DNA of 64,000 nt from an uncultured Gemmatimonadales bacterium (GTDB taxonomy: Bacteria > Gemmatimonadota > Gemmatimonadetes > Gemmatimonadales > GWC2-71-9). The DNA lies in assembly GCA_963844035.1 (NCBI GenBank), contig CAWJMT010000037.1:258326-322325 (forward strand). Reading direction: 5' to 3'. This document shows, in pieces, positions 30,122 to 39,848 of this stretch. The notes under the pieces were generated by a model that saw only the letters and a list, made by a program, of their open reading frames with translations, was not told where the DNA came from and ran no database searches. Each line of letters begins with the position of its first letter. The first letter of the stretch is position 1. The translations under genes and the position numbers were made by a program.

Positions 30122-31075
30122 ACGAAACGGCGCCGGTCAGGCGGTCAGGCGGTCAGGCGGTCGGCGGAGCGTTCCTCGAGCCAGCGCTGTGGGGCTTGGT
30201 GGGGAACACGCCGTTGATTCCGTGTCCGCCCGACCGCCGGACCGCCCGCACCGCCGCTGTTTCTCAAGGCCGAGTGGTTCAACCCCGGTGGGAGCGTCAA
30301 AGACCGTGCGGCACTCTTCATCTTGCGCGATGGTCTCGCGCGCGGCGAGTTGCCGGACAAGCGTCTGTTGGATGCGACCAGCGGCAACACCGGGATTGCG
30401 TACGCGATGCTCGGGGCGGCCGCGGGGATCGGCATCACGCTCTGCGTCCCGGCGAATGCCAGTCCGGAGCGGAAGGCGTTGCTGACGGTGTTCGGCGCGA
30501 CGGTGATCTACACGGATCCGCTCGAAGGGACGGACGGCGCGATCCGACGCGCGCGCGAAATCGTGGAGGGCGAGCCGGACCGCTACTGGTACGCCGATCA
30601 ATACAACCACCCGGCCAATCCGCGGGCGCACGCCCTGACCACCGCGGAGGAGATCTGGCGCCAGACCGGGGGTAAGGTCACACGCTTCGTGGCGGGCCTC
30701 GGAACGACGGGCACGCTGATGGGCACCGGCCGGCGGCTGCGCGAGCTGAACCCTGCCGTGGAGCTGGTGGCGGTGCAACCCGATGGACCGTTCCACGGAC
30801 TCGAAGGCATGAAGCATCTCGCCACCGCGCTGGTCCCCGGCATCTACGACGCGTCGGTCCCCGACCGGACGGAATTCGTGGCGACCGAAGACGCCGATGC
30901 CATGGTGCGCCGCCTTGCCCGCGAGGCGGGACTGTTCGTCGGCTGGTCCGCCGGAGCGGCGCTGGTCGCGGCCGAACGGAGCGAGACGCCGACCGGCGTC
31001 ACCGTCGTGATCGCGCCGGACGGGGGAGTGCGCTACTTGAGCGAGCACGGCCGGCTGGCGGGTGTGTTTCCATGA
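30118..31075 (+). CDS. PLP-dependent cysteine synthase (CysM-like), frame break near 30245
   Basis: VGNTPL, KAEWFNPGGSVKDR, ATSGNTG and GLGTTGT. Confidence 0.9.
30133..30256. repeat. Inverted pair of octamer tandem arrays inside the cysteine synthase 5' region
   Basis: GCGGTCAG-type x4 at 30133-30164 and CCGCCCGA-type x3 at 30226-30249. Confidence 0.8.
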
Positions 31076-31525
31076 CGCTGATCGTCGAGGATCAGCACAT
31101 CGCCGCGATCCGGAAGCACGGGGAAGCAGACTACCCGCACGAGGCGTGCGGTCTGATGGGAGGCACACCTGGAGGGCGACCGGACCGTCGTCCGGCAGCT
31201 CGTGGCGCTCCCGAATGAGCGGTCGGACTCGGCGCGCAACCGGTATCTCATCGATCCGGACGCGTTTCGCCGCGCCCAGAAAACTCTCGATGGAGAGGGA
31301 CTCGAAATTGTCGGCGTCTATCACTCGCATCCCGACCACCCGGCCGAGCCTTCGACCTTCGACCGCGAGCACGCATGGCCGCGGTTGAGCTATATCATCG
31401 TGGCAGTCGCGGCGGGACGCTCGGGCGATCTGAGAAGTTGGCGCTTGTCGGACGACCGGGCGGCGTTCACCGAAGAACCCATTACTCTGGAACCACGGAA
31501 GGTCGCATGGCAGTCACCGTCCTGA
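31072..31525 (+). CDS. JAB/MPN+ (M67) metallopeptidase, Mec-like (frame break near 31165)
   Basis: YPHEACG and JAMM motif YHSHPDHPAEPSTFD. Confidence 0.9.
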
Positions 31526-32954
31526 TCCCCACGCCACTCCGCCCGTTCGTCGGCGGGAAGGACCTCCTCGTGTTCGAGGCGGGCAGCGTCGGCGATGTGC
31601 TGCGCCAGCTGACGAGCCAGCACGCCGAGCTTCGCAAGCACCTGTTTGCGGATGACGGACGGCTGCGCGCCTTCGTGAACGTGTACGTGAACGATCGGGA
31701 CATCCGCCACCTGGCGCAGCAGGAGACGCGCGTCGCGGCGGGCGACACCGTGTCCATCATCCCGAGCATCGCGGGCGGGACGTCGGCCCCGGTGGGGGCC
31801 CGGCCGGCCAAGTCGCTCCCGAAGCTTTCCCACGAGGAGAGTGCTGCGCTATTCCCGCCACCTGATCCTCCCGGATGTGGGGATCGAAGGGCAGCGGAGG
31901 CTGAAGGCGGCGCGCGTGCTCCTGATCGGAGCCGGGGGGCTCGGATCCCCGGCCGCCCTCTACCTCGCAGCTGCCGGGGTCGGGACGATCGGGATCGTGG
32001 ATTTCGACGTCGTCGACACGACCAATCTGCAGCGCCAGATCCTGCACGGGACCAGCGGCGTGGGAACGTCCAAGCTCGACTCGGCACGCGAGCGGATCCA
32101 GGACCTGAACCCCAACGTCCAGGTGGAAACGATCGAGAGCCGCCTCACGTCCGAGAACGCGCTGGACATCTTTCGTGAATACGACATCGTGGCGGACGGG
32201 ACCGACAACTTTCCCACCCGCTACCTCGTCAACGATGCCTGCGTGCTGCTGGGCAAGCCCAACGTGTACGGGTCGATCTTCCGGTTCGAGGGACAGGCCT
32301 CGGTGTTCTACGCCAAGGAAGGTCCGTGCTACCGCTGCCTCTACGCGGAGCCGCCACCGGCGGGCCTGGTGCCGTCGTGCGCCGAAGGCGGTGTGCTCGG
32401 CGTGCTGCCGGGGATCATCGGCTCGATTCAGGCGCTCGAGACGATCAAGCTGATCATCGGACGGGGCGATACGCTGATCGGGCGGCTGCGTGCTGTTCGA
32501 TGCGCTGCGTCTCAAGTTCCGTGAGCTGAAGCTCGAGCGGGATCCGAACTGCCCGGTGTGCGGGCGGAATCCCACGATCAAGTCGCTGATCGACTATGAA
32601 GCGTTCTGCGGCGTGGTCGAAGAGCCGGCGTACGAAGGCGCGGAAGTCCTCGCGCTCGATCTGAAGGCGGAGATGGATGCCGGCAAGGAGATTGTGCTGC
32701 TGGATGTGCGCGAGCCGCATGAACAGGAGATCACGGAAATCGAGGGCTCGCAGTTGATTCCGTTGGGCGAGTTGCCCGACCGCCTGGGGGAGATTGTCGA
32801 TCACGCCGAGATCGTCACCTATTGCCATCACGGCGGTCGCTCGCTCAAGGCGTTGGAAATCCTGCGGGCTGCGGGATACGCCAAGGTGCGGAGCCTGCGG
32901 GGTGGAATCGACGCGTGGGCGGTGAACGTCGATCCGGAAATGCCGAGATACTGA
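31507..32954 (+). CDS. moeB: MoaD/ThiS-like ubiquitin-fold domain fused to MoeB/E1 adenylyltransferase and C-terminal rhodanese (MoeZ-like), two frame breaks
   Basis: IPTPLR...FVNVYVN...IIPSIAGG followed without a stop by a linker and LSHEE(V)LRYSRHL. Then GAGGLGSP, NLQRQ, PCYRC, CPVCG, LLDVRE and YCHHGGRS. Confidence 0.85.
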
Positions 32955-32959
32955 GCCAA

Positions 32960-33060
32960 TCAGCCATCAGCAGTCAGCGATCAGCAGTCACATGATGAGA
33001 ACGGGATCTCGGTCACGCGACGAGATCCCGTTTCTTGCTGATAGCTGATGGCTGATAGCT
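32960..33060. terminator. Bidirectional terminator-like hairpin flanked by inverted heptamer repeats
   Basis: (TCAGCnn)x4, stem aacgggatctcg/cgagatcccgtt followed by tctt, then (GCTGATr)x3. Lies between convergent moeB and tRNA. Confidence 0.75.
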
Positions 33061-33065
33061 TACAG

Positions 33066-33149
33066 TGCCGAAGGGGGGACTCGAACCCCCACGGGCTTGC
33101 GCCCACTGGCTCCTGAAGCCAGCGCGTCTACCAGTTCCACCACTTCGGC
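33066..33149 (-). tRNA. tRNA-Leu (CAG)
   Basis: GCCGAAG acceptor, D-loop GGAACTGGTAGAC, anticodon arm CTGGC-TTCAGGA-GCCAG, long variable arm and GGTTCGAGTCC. CCA is not encoded. Confidence 0.97.
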
Positions 33150-33203
33150 GAGAGCGGGAACGGCGAATATTCGCCGCGGTATAACCCCAAGTCAACCTTT
33201 GGC

Positions 33204-33232
33204 TTGACCACTCACTATGCGGTTCCTATCTT
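33204..33232 (+). promoter_or_regulatory. Putative sigma70 promoter TTGACC-17-TATCTT for smpB, divergent from the tRNA promoter
   Basis: Exact 17-nt spacer. The opposite strand has TTGACT at about 33190-33195 facing tRNA-Leu. Confidence 0.55.
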
Positions 33233-33245
33233 GCCCTTTGACTAG

Positions 33246-33701
33246 GTGGACAAGCTCTCCATCGCCCGGAATCCGCGGGCGCGACACGACTACCATCTCC
33301 TGGATACGTGGGAGGCTGGGCTCGTGCTCACGGGAACAGAAGTGAAATCCCTGCGCGACGGCAAAGCGAGCCTGGTTGAGGCGTACGCGCACGTGCGCAA
33401 CGGGGAGGTATGGCTCGAGGGAATGAGCATCGCCCCCTACTTGGCCGGCAGCTACAACAACCCTCCCCCCGCCCGTTCCCGCAAGTTGTTGCTGCACAAA
33501 GGCGAGATCCGCAAGTTGATCGGCGGCACGACACAGAAAGGACTCACGCTGGTCCCGTTGGAGCTGTACTTCAAGGACGGCATTGCCAAGGTCGCGATCG
33601 CACTCGCCCGCGCCAAGCGCACCCACGACAAGCGCGAGGACATGAAGCGCCGGGACGCCGAGCGGGAGATGGGCCGCGTGTTCCGGGGGAAGCGGACATG
33701 A
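33246..33701 (+). CDS. smpB: SsrA-binding protein
   Basis: NPRARHDY, EAGLVLTGTEVKSLR, RKLLLHKGEI and HDKRE. Confidence 0.96.
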   Translation: MDKLSIARNPRARHDYHLLDTWEAGLVLTGTEVKSLRDGKASLVEAYAHVRNGEVWLEGMSIAPYLAGSYNNPPPARSRKLLLHKGEIRKLIGGTTQKGLTLVPLELYFKDGIAKVAIALARAKRTHDKREDMKRRDAEREMGRVFRGKRT

Positions 33702-34852
33702 TCGCGCTGCTCTTGTTGCTGGTCGCGCCCCCCCAAGTCGTAATCGCTACCCCGCGCGGCGCCAGGTCGGTTCCCGTTACGACCGAGCGCGGGTCGGCCG
33801 CTGTCGCCGCACCACTGGTGGCGGAAGCGCTTGGCCTCACCACGACACTCGATGGGTCGGAAGCGACTGTGGGGCTCTCCGGCACCGTCTTCGTCTTCCA
33901 GTTGGGTGCGCCGTTCGTCCGCGCCGGGGGTGCGGTGTATACGCTGGTCTGCGCCCCGTATCTCGCGCGCGACACGCTGTTCCTCCCGCTCGACTGGCTG
34001 GTGGTCTCGCTCCCGCGGGCACTCGGGACCCGGTATCGCTGGGACCCCGGCGGTGCGCGCCTCCAAGAGCTGGCGCCGGTCCTCGCGGCGTCTGTCCCCA
34101 ATCAATTGACCGGGCTGCGACTGCCGCACACGATCGTGATCGACCCCGGACACGGCGGTGTGGACCCGGGCAATCCGGGCCTGTACTTCCCCGGCGGCCT
34201 GGTCGAAAAGGACATCACCCTCAGCATCGGGAAATTGTTGCGGGCGGAGCTCATGCGCCGCGGGTTGAGCGCACGACTCACCCGCACGGCCGACACGCTG
34301 ATCGATCTCGCCGATCGCGGCGCGTTCTGCAGCAACGAGTGCGACCTGTTCGTGAGCATACACGTGAACGCCATGCCCTCTGGACGACGCAGCTCTCAAA
34401 CGAGCGGCGTCGAGACCTACTTTCTGTCTGATGCACAGACCGAAGATCAGAAGCGCGTGGCCAAGATGGAGAACGAGGCGATCCGGTTCGAACCCAGCTT
34501 TACGGGCGCGGCGACCGGAGACGTCGGCTTCATCCTTCGCGACCTGCAATCCAACGAGTATCTCCGTGAGTCGGCTCGGCTGGCGGAGCTGGTACAGGAG
34601 GACGTGAGCCAGGCCCATCCCAACGGAGGCCGCGGCGTGCAGCAAGCCGCCTTCATGGTGCTCACGACCGCCCGCCGCCCCGCCATTCTGGTCGAGGCCG
34701 GATTCGCCACCAACCGCGAGGACGCCGCATTCCTCGCCTCCCCCCTCGGGGCGCACCGGATCGCCGACGCTATTGCGACCGGCATCGTGGAATTCCTGCG
34801 CGAGTTCGAGCGCAAGCTGGCGGTGGCCGTCCCCACCGGGGGCGGCCGGTGA
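33698..34852 (+). CDS. N-acetylmuramoyl-L-alanine amidase (Amidase_3)
   Basis: IDPGHGG, EKDITL, FVSIHVN and ILVEAGF. Confidence 0.9.
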   Translation: MIALLLLLVAPPQVVIATPRGARSVPVTTERGSAAVAAPLVAEALGLTTTLDGSEATVGLSGTVFVFQLGAPFVRAGGAVYTLVCAPYLARDTLFLPLDWLVVSLPRALGTRYRWDPGGARLQELAPVLAASVPNQLTGLRLPHTIVIDPGHGGVDPGNPGLYFPGGLVEKDITLSIGKLLRAELMRRGLSARLTRTADTLIDLADRGAFCSNECDLFVSIHVNAMPSGRRSSQTSGVETYFLSDAQTEDQKRVAKMENEAIRFEPSFTGAATGDVGFILRDLQSNEYLRESARLAELVQEDVSQAHPNGGRGVQQAAFMVLTTARRPAILVEAGFATNREDAAFLASPLGAHRIADAIATGIVEFLREFERKLAVAVPTGGGR

Positions 34853-36327
34853 GGCGGCTTCCGTTCGCCCTGGGTGTCATGGGGTTGCTGTCCTGCGGCT
34901 ACTACAACGGCATGTGGCGGGCCGACCAGTTTGCGTCACAGGCGCGCCGCCAGGAGCGGGAGGGAAGGCGGGAGGAGGCGCGCACGTCGTGGGCCGCCGC
35001 GGCGGAGAAGGCCGAGTCGGTGGTGGCCCACCATCCCAATGGTCGCTGGGCCGGTGCGGCGCTCGTGCTGCACGGCGAAGGGTTGGCGAAGAGCGGCGCG
35101 TGCGAACGTGCCGCGGCACCGCTCGCCCGTGCGCTCGCGTCGGTCGAGGACGCCGAGCTGCGGGAGCGGGCGGCGCTCGCGTCCGCGGAATGCAACCTCG
35201 CCGCCGGGAACGCGAGCGCTGCCGAAAGAGTGCTTCAACCCGTCCGCGCCTCCCCACGCCGCGCGCGGGCGTCGCGAGCGGCCTATCTGTCGGGGCACGT
35301 GGCCGAACAACGCGGCGACATGGTCGGTGCGGCGAGCGCGTATGCGCAGTCATCCGAGGTGGACGCGGGGCCGGCCCGCGCCCGCGTGCTGCTCGCGGCG
35401 GGAGAGTCGGCCGCCGCCATGGCACTGATCGATACGCTGGCCCGCGAGCACCGCGACGAGGCGGTGTGGGGGCCGCTGCTCAACGCCGTCGGCGAAGGCG
35501 TTGGGGCGACCGAGGCGAGCAGCGCGCTCGACCGGATCCTCGCCGGGGGGAAGGTGCCGACGGGGGCCCGCGCTCGTCTGCTGCTCGCGGACGGGAACCG
35601 GCTCTTTGCCGCCGGTGCGCTTGCCGCGGCTGACGGACGCTACCAGCAGGTGGCGGTGATGGCGCCGGACTCGTTGGAAGGGCAGGCGGCCCGTGTGCGA
35701 CACCTGCGGGTCAGCGCGGCACAGGCGGGGAGCCTCGACGAGTTGCACGCCGTGCAAACCCAAGTGGATCGCCTGGTGGAGTTCGGCACGACAGGAACGG
35801 CACGGGCCGAGGCTACTGCATTGCAACGCCTGATCCAGGCGATCATCGCTCCCGATGGAGCGGGGCAGGAAGTGGCGTTCCGATCGGCGGAGCTGGCCCG
35901 CGACTCGCTCCGCGCCCCGCAGCTCGCGGAGAACCTATTCCTCGGGTTTGCCGGGGAGCATCCGGCGTCGCTGTTCGCACCCAAAGCGCTCGTAGCCGCG
36001 GCCGCGCTGTCGCTCGAGCGGCGCGATTCTCTGATCGCAGTGCTGGACGCCACCTATGGCACTTCGCCCTACACGCTGGCGCTGCGCGGCGAACCGAGTC
36101 CCGGGTACGCCGCCGCGGAAGACTCGCTGGCGCGGGCGCTCGGGCTGGCGCTTACGCGGCTCTCGACGGTGGTGGCTTCGCTCGTTCCCCCGCCGGTGCC
36201 GGGTCCGCGTGGTCCCCACCCGGACGCCGCCGCTCCCGGGCACACCCCGCCGTCGCGCCCTCGTCCTCAGGGCGAGGACGGGGCGCCCCGCGGGGACCGG
36301 CGCCGTTCCACCCCCGAACGCCAGTGA
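34849..36327 (+). CDS. Helical-repeat (TPR-like) lipoprotein
   Basis: Lipobox LLSC followed by YYNGM and Ala-rich helical repeats. Confidence 0.7.
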   Translation: MRRLPFALGVMGLLSCGYYNGMWRADQFASQARRQEREGRREEARTSWAAAAEKAESVVAHHPNGRWAGAALVLHGEGLAKSGACERAAAPLARALASVEDAELRERAALASAECNLAAGNASAAERVLQPVRASPRRARASRAAYLSGHVAEQRGDMVGAASAYAQSSEVDAGPARARVLLAAGESAAAMALIDTLAREHRDEAVWGPLLNAVGEGVGATEASSALDRILAGGKVPTGARARLLLADGNRLFAAGALAAADGRYQQVAVMAPDSLEGQAARVRHLRVSAAQAGSLDELHAVQTQVDRLVEFGTTGTARAEATALQRLIQAIIAPDGAGQEVAFRSAELARDSLRAPQLAENLFLGFAGEHPASLFAPKALVAAAALSLERRDSLIAVLDATYGTSPYTLALRGEPSPGYAAAEDSLARALGLALTRLSTVVASLVPPPVPGPRGPHPDAAAPGHTPPSRPRPQGEDGAPRGDRRRSTPERQ

Positions 36328-37163
36328 GCGCGATCAACGTCCTTGGCACCACGTTTCAAAATCCCGTCCTCCTGGCCGCCGGCACGGCGGGATTCGGGAA
36401 CGAAGTGTGGCGCATCATCGATCTCGAGGCGCTCGGCGGCATCATCACCAAGGCCGTGACCCCCGAGCCGCGACGAGGGGCTCCAGCGCCGCGGGTCGCC
36501 GAGTTTCCCGGGGGCATGCTCAACGCCGTCGGGCTCGCCAATCCGGGATTAGAGGCGGTGGTGCGCGCCGACCTTCCCGAAATCGCCGCACGCCTGCGGC
36601 GCGCCCGGATCATCGTCAACGTGGCCGGCGCGGTCGTAGACGACTACGTGACCGTCATCACCCGTCTGAGCAGTGAAGCGGCAATCACCGCCTTTGAGGT
36701 CAACGCCTCCTGCCCGAACACGAACGCGGGCGGTCTCGAGTTCGGCGCCGAGCCGGGGGCGCTCGGTGATCTCGTGCGGCGCTGCCGGGCAGCCACCAAA
36801 CGCCCGCTCATCGTAAAGCTCTCACCGGTCCTGCCCGACATCGCCGCGATGGCGCAGGTCGCGGCGGACGAAGGTGCGGACGCCGTGAGCGTCGTGAACA
36901 CCATCCCGGGGTTCCTCGCGCATCGGTTAGGAAACGGCTTCGGCGGAGTGAGCGGTCCTTCCCTCCTGCCGGTCGGGGTCCTCGCCACACGCCGCATTGG
37001 GCAACGGGTCGGCCTTCCCGTGATCGGGGTCGGCGGGATTCGCACCGCCCGGGATGCGCGCGAGTATCTCGACGCGGGAGCGGTGCTGGTGGCGATCGGT
37101 ACGGCTGCGCTCGCGGACCCTCGCGCGCCCGAGCGCATCGCGCGGGAGCTGGCCGGTGGCTGA
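36324..37163 (+). CDS. pyrD: Dihydroorotate dehydrogenase, family 1
   Basis: NPVLLAAGT, MLNAVGLANPG, EVNASCPN, VKLSP and GGVSG. Confidence 0.92.
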   Translation: MSAINVLGTTFQNPVLLAAGTAGFGNEVWRIIDLEALGGIITKAVTPEPRRGAPAPRVAEFPGGMLNAVGLANPGLEAVVRADLPEIAARLRRARIIVNVAGAVVDDYVTVITRLSSEAAITAFEVNASCPNTNAGGLEFGAEPGALGDLVRRCRAATKRPLIVKLSPVLPDIAAMAQVAADEGADAVSVVNTIPGFLAHRLGNGFGGVSGPSLLPVGVLATRRIGQRVGLPVIGVGGIRTARDAREYLDAGAVLVAIGTAALADPRAPERIARELAGG

Positions 37164-37831
37164 GCTCGTCGTCGCGTTCGACCTGCCGAGCGGGCGCGAG
37201 GCACTCGCGCTCGCCGATCGGCTTCCTGGGCTCGCGTGGGCCAAGCTCGGCCCGGTCCTCTTCGTGCGCGAAGGCCCGGCGTTGATCAAGGAATTCACGG
37301 CGCGCGGCGTGCGCGTATTTCTCGATCTGAAGTGGCACGACATTCCCAGCACGGTGGCGGGTGCGGTCAGCGCCGCGCGCGACTTGGGGGTGTCGCTTGC
37401 GACCGTGCACTGCCTCGGCGGGCGCGCGATGCTCGAGGCGGCGGTCGCGGCGGCTGGGGATCTGCCACTCGTCGGCGTGACCGTGCTGACCTCGCACGAC
37501 GCTGCGAGCGTTGGAGCAGGTGCTGGGACGTGGCGTCCCGGACCTCGGGTTCGAAGCGGAGCGCCTGGCGCGCGTCGCCGTCGCCGCCGGGCTGCGGGGG
37601 GTGGTCGCGTCGGGACACGAGCTTGGCATCCTCCGCTCGGCCCTGGGGCCCGATCCGTGGATGGTCGTTCCCGGGATTCGGCTGCCGGGCGACGGCGCCG
37701 GCGATCAGGTACGCACCGTCAGCCCGGCGGATGCGGTGCGCCGTGGCGCGACCCACCTCGTCGTCGGGAGACCGATCACAGCCGCCCAAGATCCCGCGGC
37801 GGCGTACCATCAGATTGTCGGGGTCCTGTGA
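37156..37831 (+). CDS. pyrF: Orotidine-5'-phosphate decarboxylase (frame break near 37510)
   Basis: FLDLKWHDIPSTV, VTVLTS, VPGIR and VVGRPIT. Confidence 0.92.
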
Positions 37832-38238
37832 TTGCGCGTTGGGTTCTGCTCGCGCTCGCGGGGGCCGGTTCACTCCACGCCCAGGTGACCCTCGAGGACG
37901 CGGCGCGCAGCGCGCAGGCCGCCTGGCTGGCGCACGACAGCCAATCCCTTGTCGGGCAAGGCGCTACGCTCGTGGTCCAGATTCCCGGAGCGAACCCGTC
38001 GGCGGCGCTCGGGCGGGCGCAGGCGGCGGAGCTGCTGTGGCGCTATCAACGCGCGGCGGTCGAGCGTGACGTGCGCATCGGCCGTGTGACCGAACTGGCT
38101 CCCGGAACCGGACTGGTCGAATTGGTACGGGAGTACGCCGTCGGGGGCACGGACGACGTGCGACGCGAAACGATCTTTCTGCGCTACCGCCAAACGGGCC
38201 CGCGTTGGGAGCTGACGGAACTACGCGCGGGGCCGTAA
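37828..38238 (+). CDS. Exported hypothetical protein, possibly NTF2-like
   Basis: GTGA overlap, signal peptide ...SLHAQ and C-terminal WELTELR. Confidence 0.6.
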   Translation: MIARWVLLALAGAGSLHAQVTLEDAARSAQAAWLAHDSQSLVGQGATLVVQIPGANPSAALGRAQAAELLWRYQRAAVERDVRIGRVTELAPGTGLVELVREYAVGGTDDVRRETIFLRYRQTGPRWELTELRAGP

Positions 38239-38247
38239 TTGCGCCCC

Positions 38248-38276
38248 TTGCGTGCACTTACGGCCCCGTCTATAAT
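38248..38276 (+). promoter_or_regulatory. Sigma70 promoter TTGCGT-17-TATAAT for the rpmJ-rplQ operon
   Basis: Consensus -10 with a 17-nt spacer. Overlapped by inverted repeat ggggccgtaa/ttacggcccc at 38229-38267. Confidence 0.7.
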
Positions 38277-38312
38277 TCGCGACTTGATAAATTTGCCTGG
38301 GAGATTCGTGCA

Positions 38313-38429
38313 TTGAAGGTTCGCTCGAGCGTCAAGCCTATCTGCGAACATTGCAGGGTGATCAAGCGGCGGGGAGTGCTCCGCGTCATCTGCAAGCGCA
38401 ATCCGAAGCACCGTCAGCGGCAGGGATAG
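38313..38429 (+). CDS. rpmJ: 50S ribosomal protein L36 (Zn-binding type)
   Basis: TTG start. [37 protein letters not shown]. Confidence 0.95.
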   Translation: MKVRSSVKPICEHCRVIKRRGVLRVICKRNPKHRQRQG

Positions 38430-38432
38430 AGT

Positions 38433-38816
38433 ATGGCACGCATTGCGGGTGTTGACCTGCCGCGCGAAAAGAAGATCCTGTACGCCCTTCCGTACATCTT
38501 CGGCATCGGTCCCAATAACGCGCGCAAGCTGCTCGCGGAAACGGGAGTGAATCCGGATGCGCGCGTGCGCGATCTGCGCGATGCCGAGGTGGCCCGGCTG
38601 CGCCAGATCATCGAGCGCGACTACAAGGTCGAAGGAGCGCTCCGCACCGAGGTCGCGATGAACATCAAACGCTTGATGGACATCGGATCGTATCGCGGGA
38701 TGCGCCATCGCAAGGGACTGCCGGTGCGCGGCCAGCGCACGCACACCAACGCGCGTACGAAGAAGGGTCCACGGCGCGCGATTGCGGGCAAGAAGAAGCC
38801 CGCGTTGAAAAAGTAA
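38433..38816 (+). CDS. rpsM: 30S ribosomal protein S13
   Basis: [10 protein letters not shown]...[17 protein letters not shown]. Confidence 0.98.
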   Translation: MARIAGVDLPREKKILYALPYIFGIGPNNARKLLAETGVNPDARVRDLRDAEVARLRQIIERDYKVEGALRTEVAMNIKRLMDIGSYRGMRHRKGLPVRGQRTHTNARTKKGPRRAIAGKKKPALKK

Positions 38817-39209
38817 ATGGCACAAGCCAAGCCTACGGGTGCCAAGCGCACCAAGAAGGTCGTCGAGGCGGAGGGGATCGCCCACATCACGGCGACGTTC
38901 AACAATACGTTGATCACGATCTCGGACATGCAGGGGAACGCCATCACGTGGGGCTCGTCGGGCAAGGCCGGTTTCGCGGGGTCGAAGAAGTCGACGCCGT
39001 TCGCCGCGACCGTGGCCGCCGAGCAAGCCGCACGCGAAGCGATGAACCTCGGCGTGCGCCGCGTGCACGTGCGCGTGCAGGGTCCCGGGTCCGGTCGCGA
39101 ATCGGCGATCCAGGCGCTCGCGACTGCCGGCCTCGCGATCCGTTCGATCCGCGACGTCACGCCAATTCCGCACAATGGGTGCCGGCCGCCCAAGAAACGG
39201 CGGGTCTAG
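38817..39209 (+). CDS. rpsK: 30S ribosomal protein S11
   Basis: [14 protein letters not shown] and [18 protein letters not shown]. Confidence 0.98.
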   Translation: MAQAKPTGAKRTKKVVEAEGIAHITATFNNTLITISDMQGNAITWGSSGKAGFAGSKKSTPFAATVAAEQAAREAMNLGVRRVHVRVQGPGSGRESAIQALATAGLAIRSIRDVTPIPHNGCRPPKKRRV

Positions 39210-39212
39210 GGC

Positions 39213-39848
39213 GTGGCGCGCTACACCGGACCGGCCTGCAAGCTCTGCCGTCGCGAGGGCACCAAGCTGTTTCTGAAGGGCACTCGCTGCCTCACCGAGA
39301 AGTGCGCCGTGGAGCGCCGCGCGTACGCCCCCGGCCAGCACGGGCAAACCGCTGGCCGGCGTCGCAAGGGCTCGGAATACGCCAAGCAGCTGCGCGAGAA
39401 ACAGAAGGTGAAGCGGATCTACGGGCTCTCCGAGCGCCAGTTCCGCAACCTCTTCGAGCGTGCGGTCAAGGAGCCGGGTGTGACCGGCGAGGCGCTGCTC
39501 GTCGCGCTGGAGAGCCGGCTCGACAATCTGGTGTACCGGATGGGTTTTGCGGTCTCCCGCCGGCAGGCACGCCAGCTCGTGCGGCACCGGCACATCAAGG
39601 TCAATGGGCGGACGCTGGACATCCCTTCGTACCGGGTACGCCTGGGCGACGAGGTGCAGGTGGCCGACGCGAGTCGCGAGTCCGTGCAGGTGAAGCTCGC
39701 GCTCGAGCAGTTCAGCCGTGGGCAGCCGGTTTCGTGGATTCAGGTGGACACTGACAAAGCGCTCGGGCGGATGACGCAGCGGCCCACTCGCGACGCCATC
39801 CCCATCGCCGCGCAAGAACAGTTAATCGTCGAGCTCTATTCCAAGTGA
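39213..39848 (+). CDS. rpsD: 30S ribosomal protein S4 (Zn-Cys type)
   Basis: ARYTGPACKLCRREG, LESRLDN and LIVELYSK. Confidence 0.98.
   Translation: MARYTGPACKLCRREGTKLFLKGTRCLTEKCAVERRAYAPGQHGQTAGRRRKGSEYAKQLREKQKVKRIYGLSERQFRNLFERAVKEPGVTGEALLVALESRLDNLVYRMGFAVSRRQARQLVRHRHIKVNGRTLDIPSYRVRLGDEVQVADASRESVQVKLALEQFSRGQPVSWIQVDTDKALGRMTQRPTRDAIPIAAQEQLIVELYSK

Noticed and set aside
31072..32954. JAB + E1 + Ubl as an antiphage system (CBASS Cap2/Cap3 or Bil)
   Set aside because: No E2, cyclase or effector is present. The context (cysteine synthase, rhodaneses, Rrf2) points to sulfur metabolism.
33066..33701. tRNA-Leu/smpB as an island integration site, or tmRNA nearby
   Set aside because: No duplicated tRNA 3' end, integrase or compositional shift, and no ssrA-like sequence recognised.
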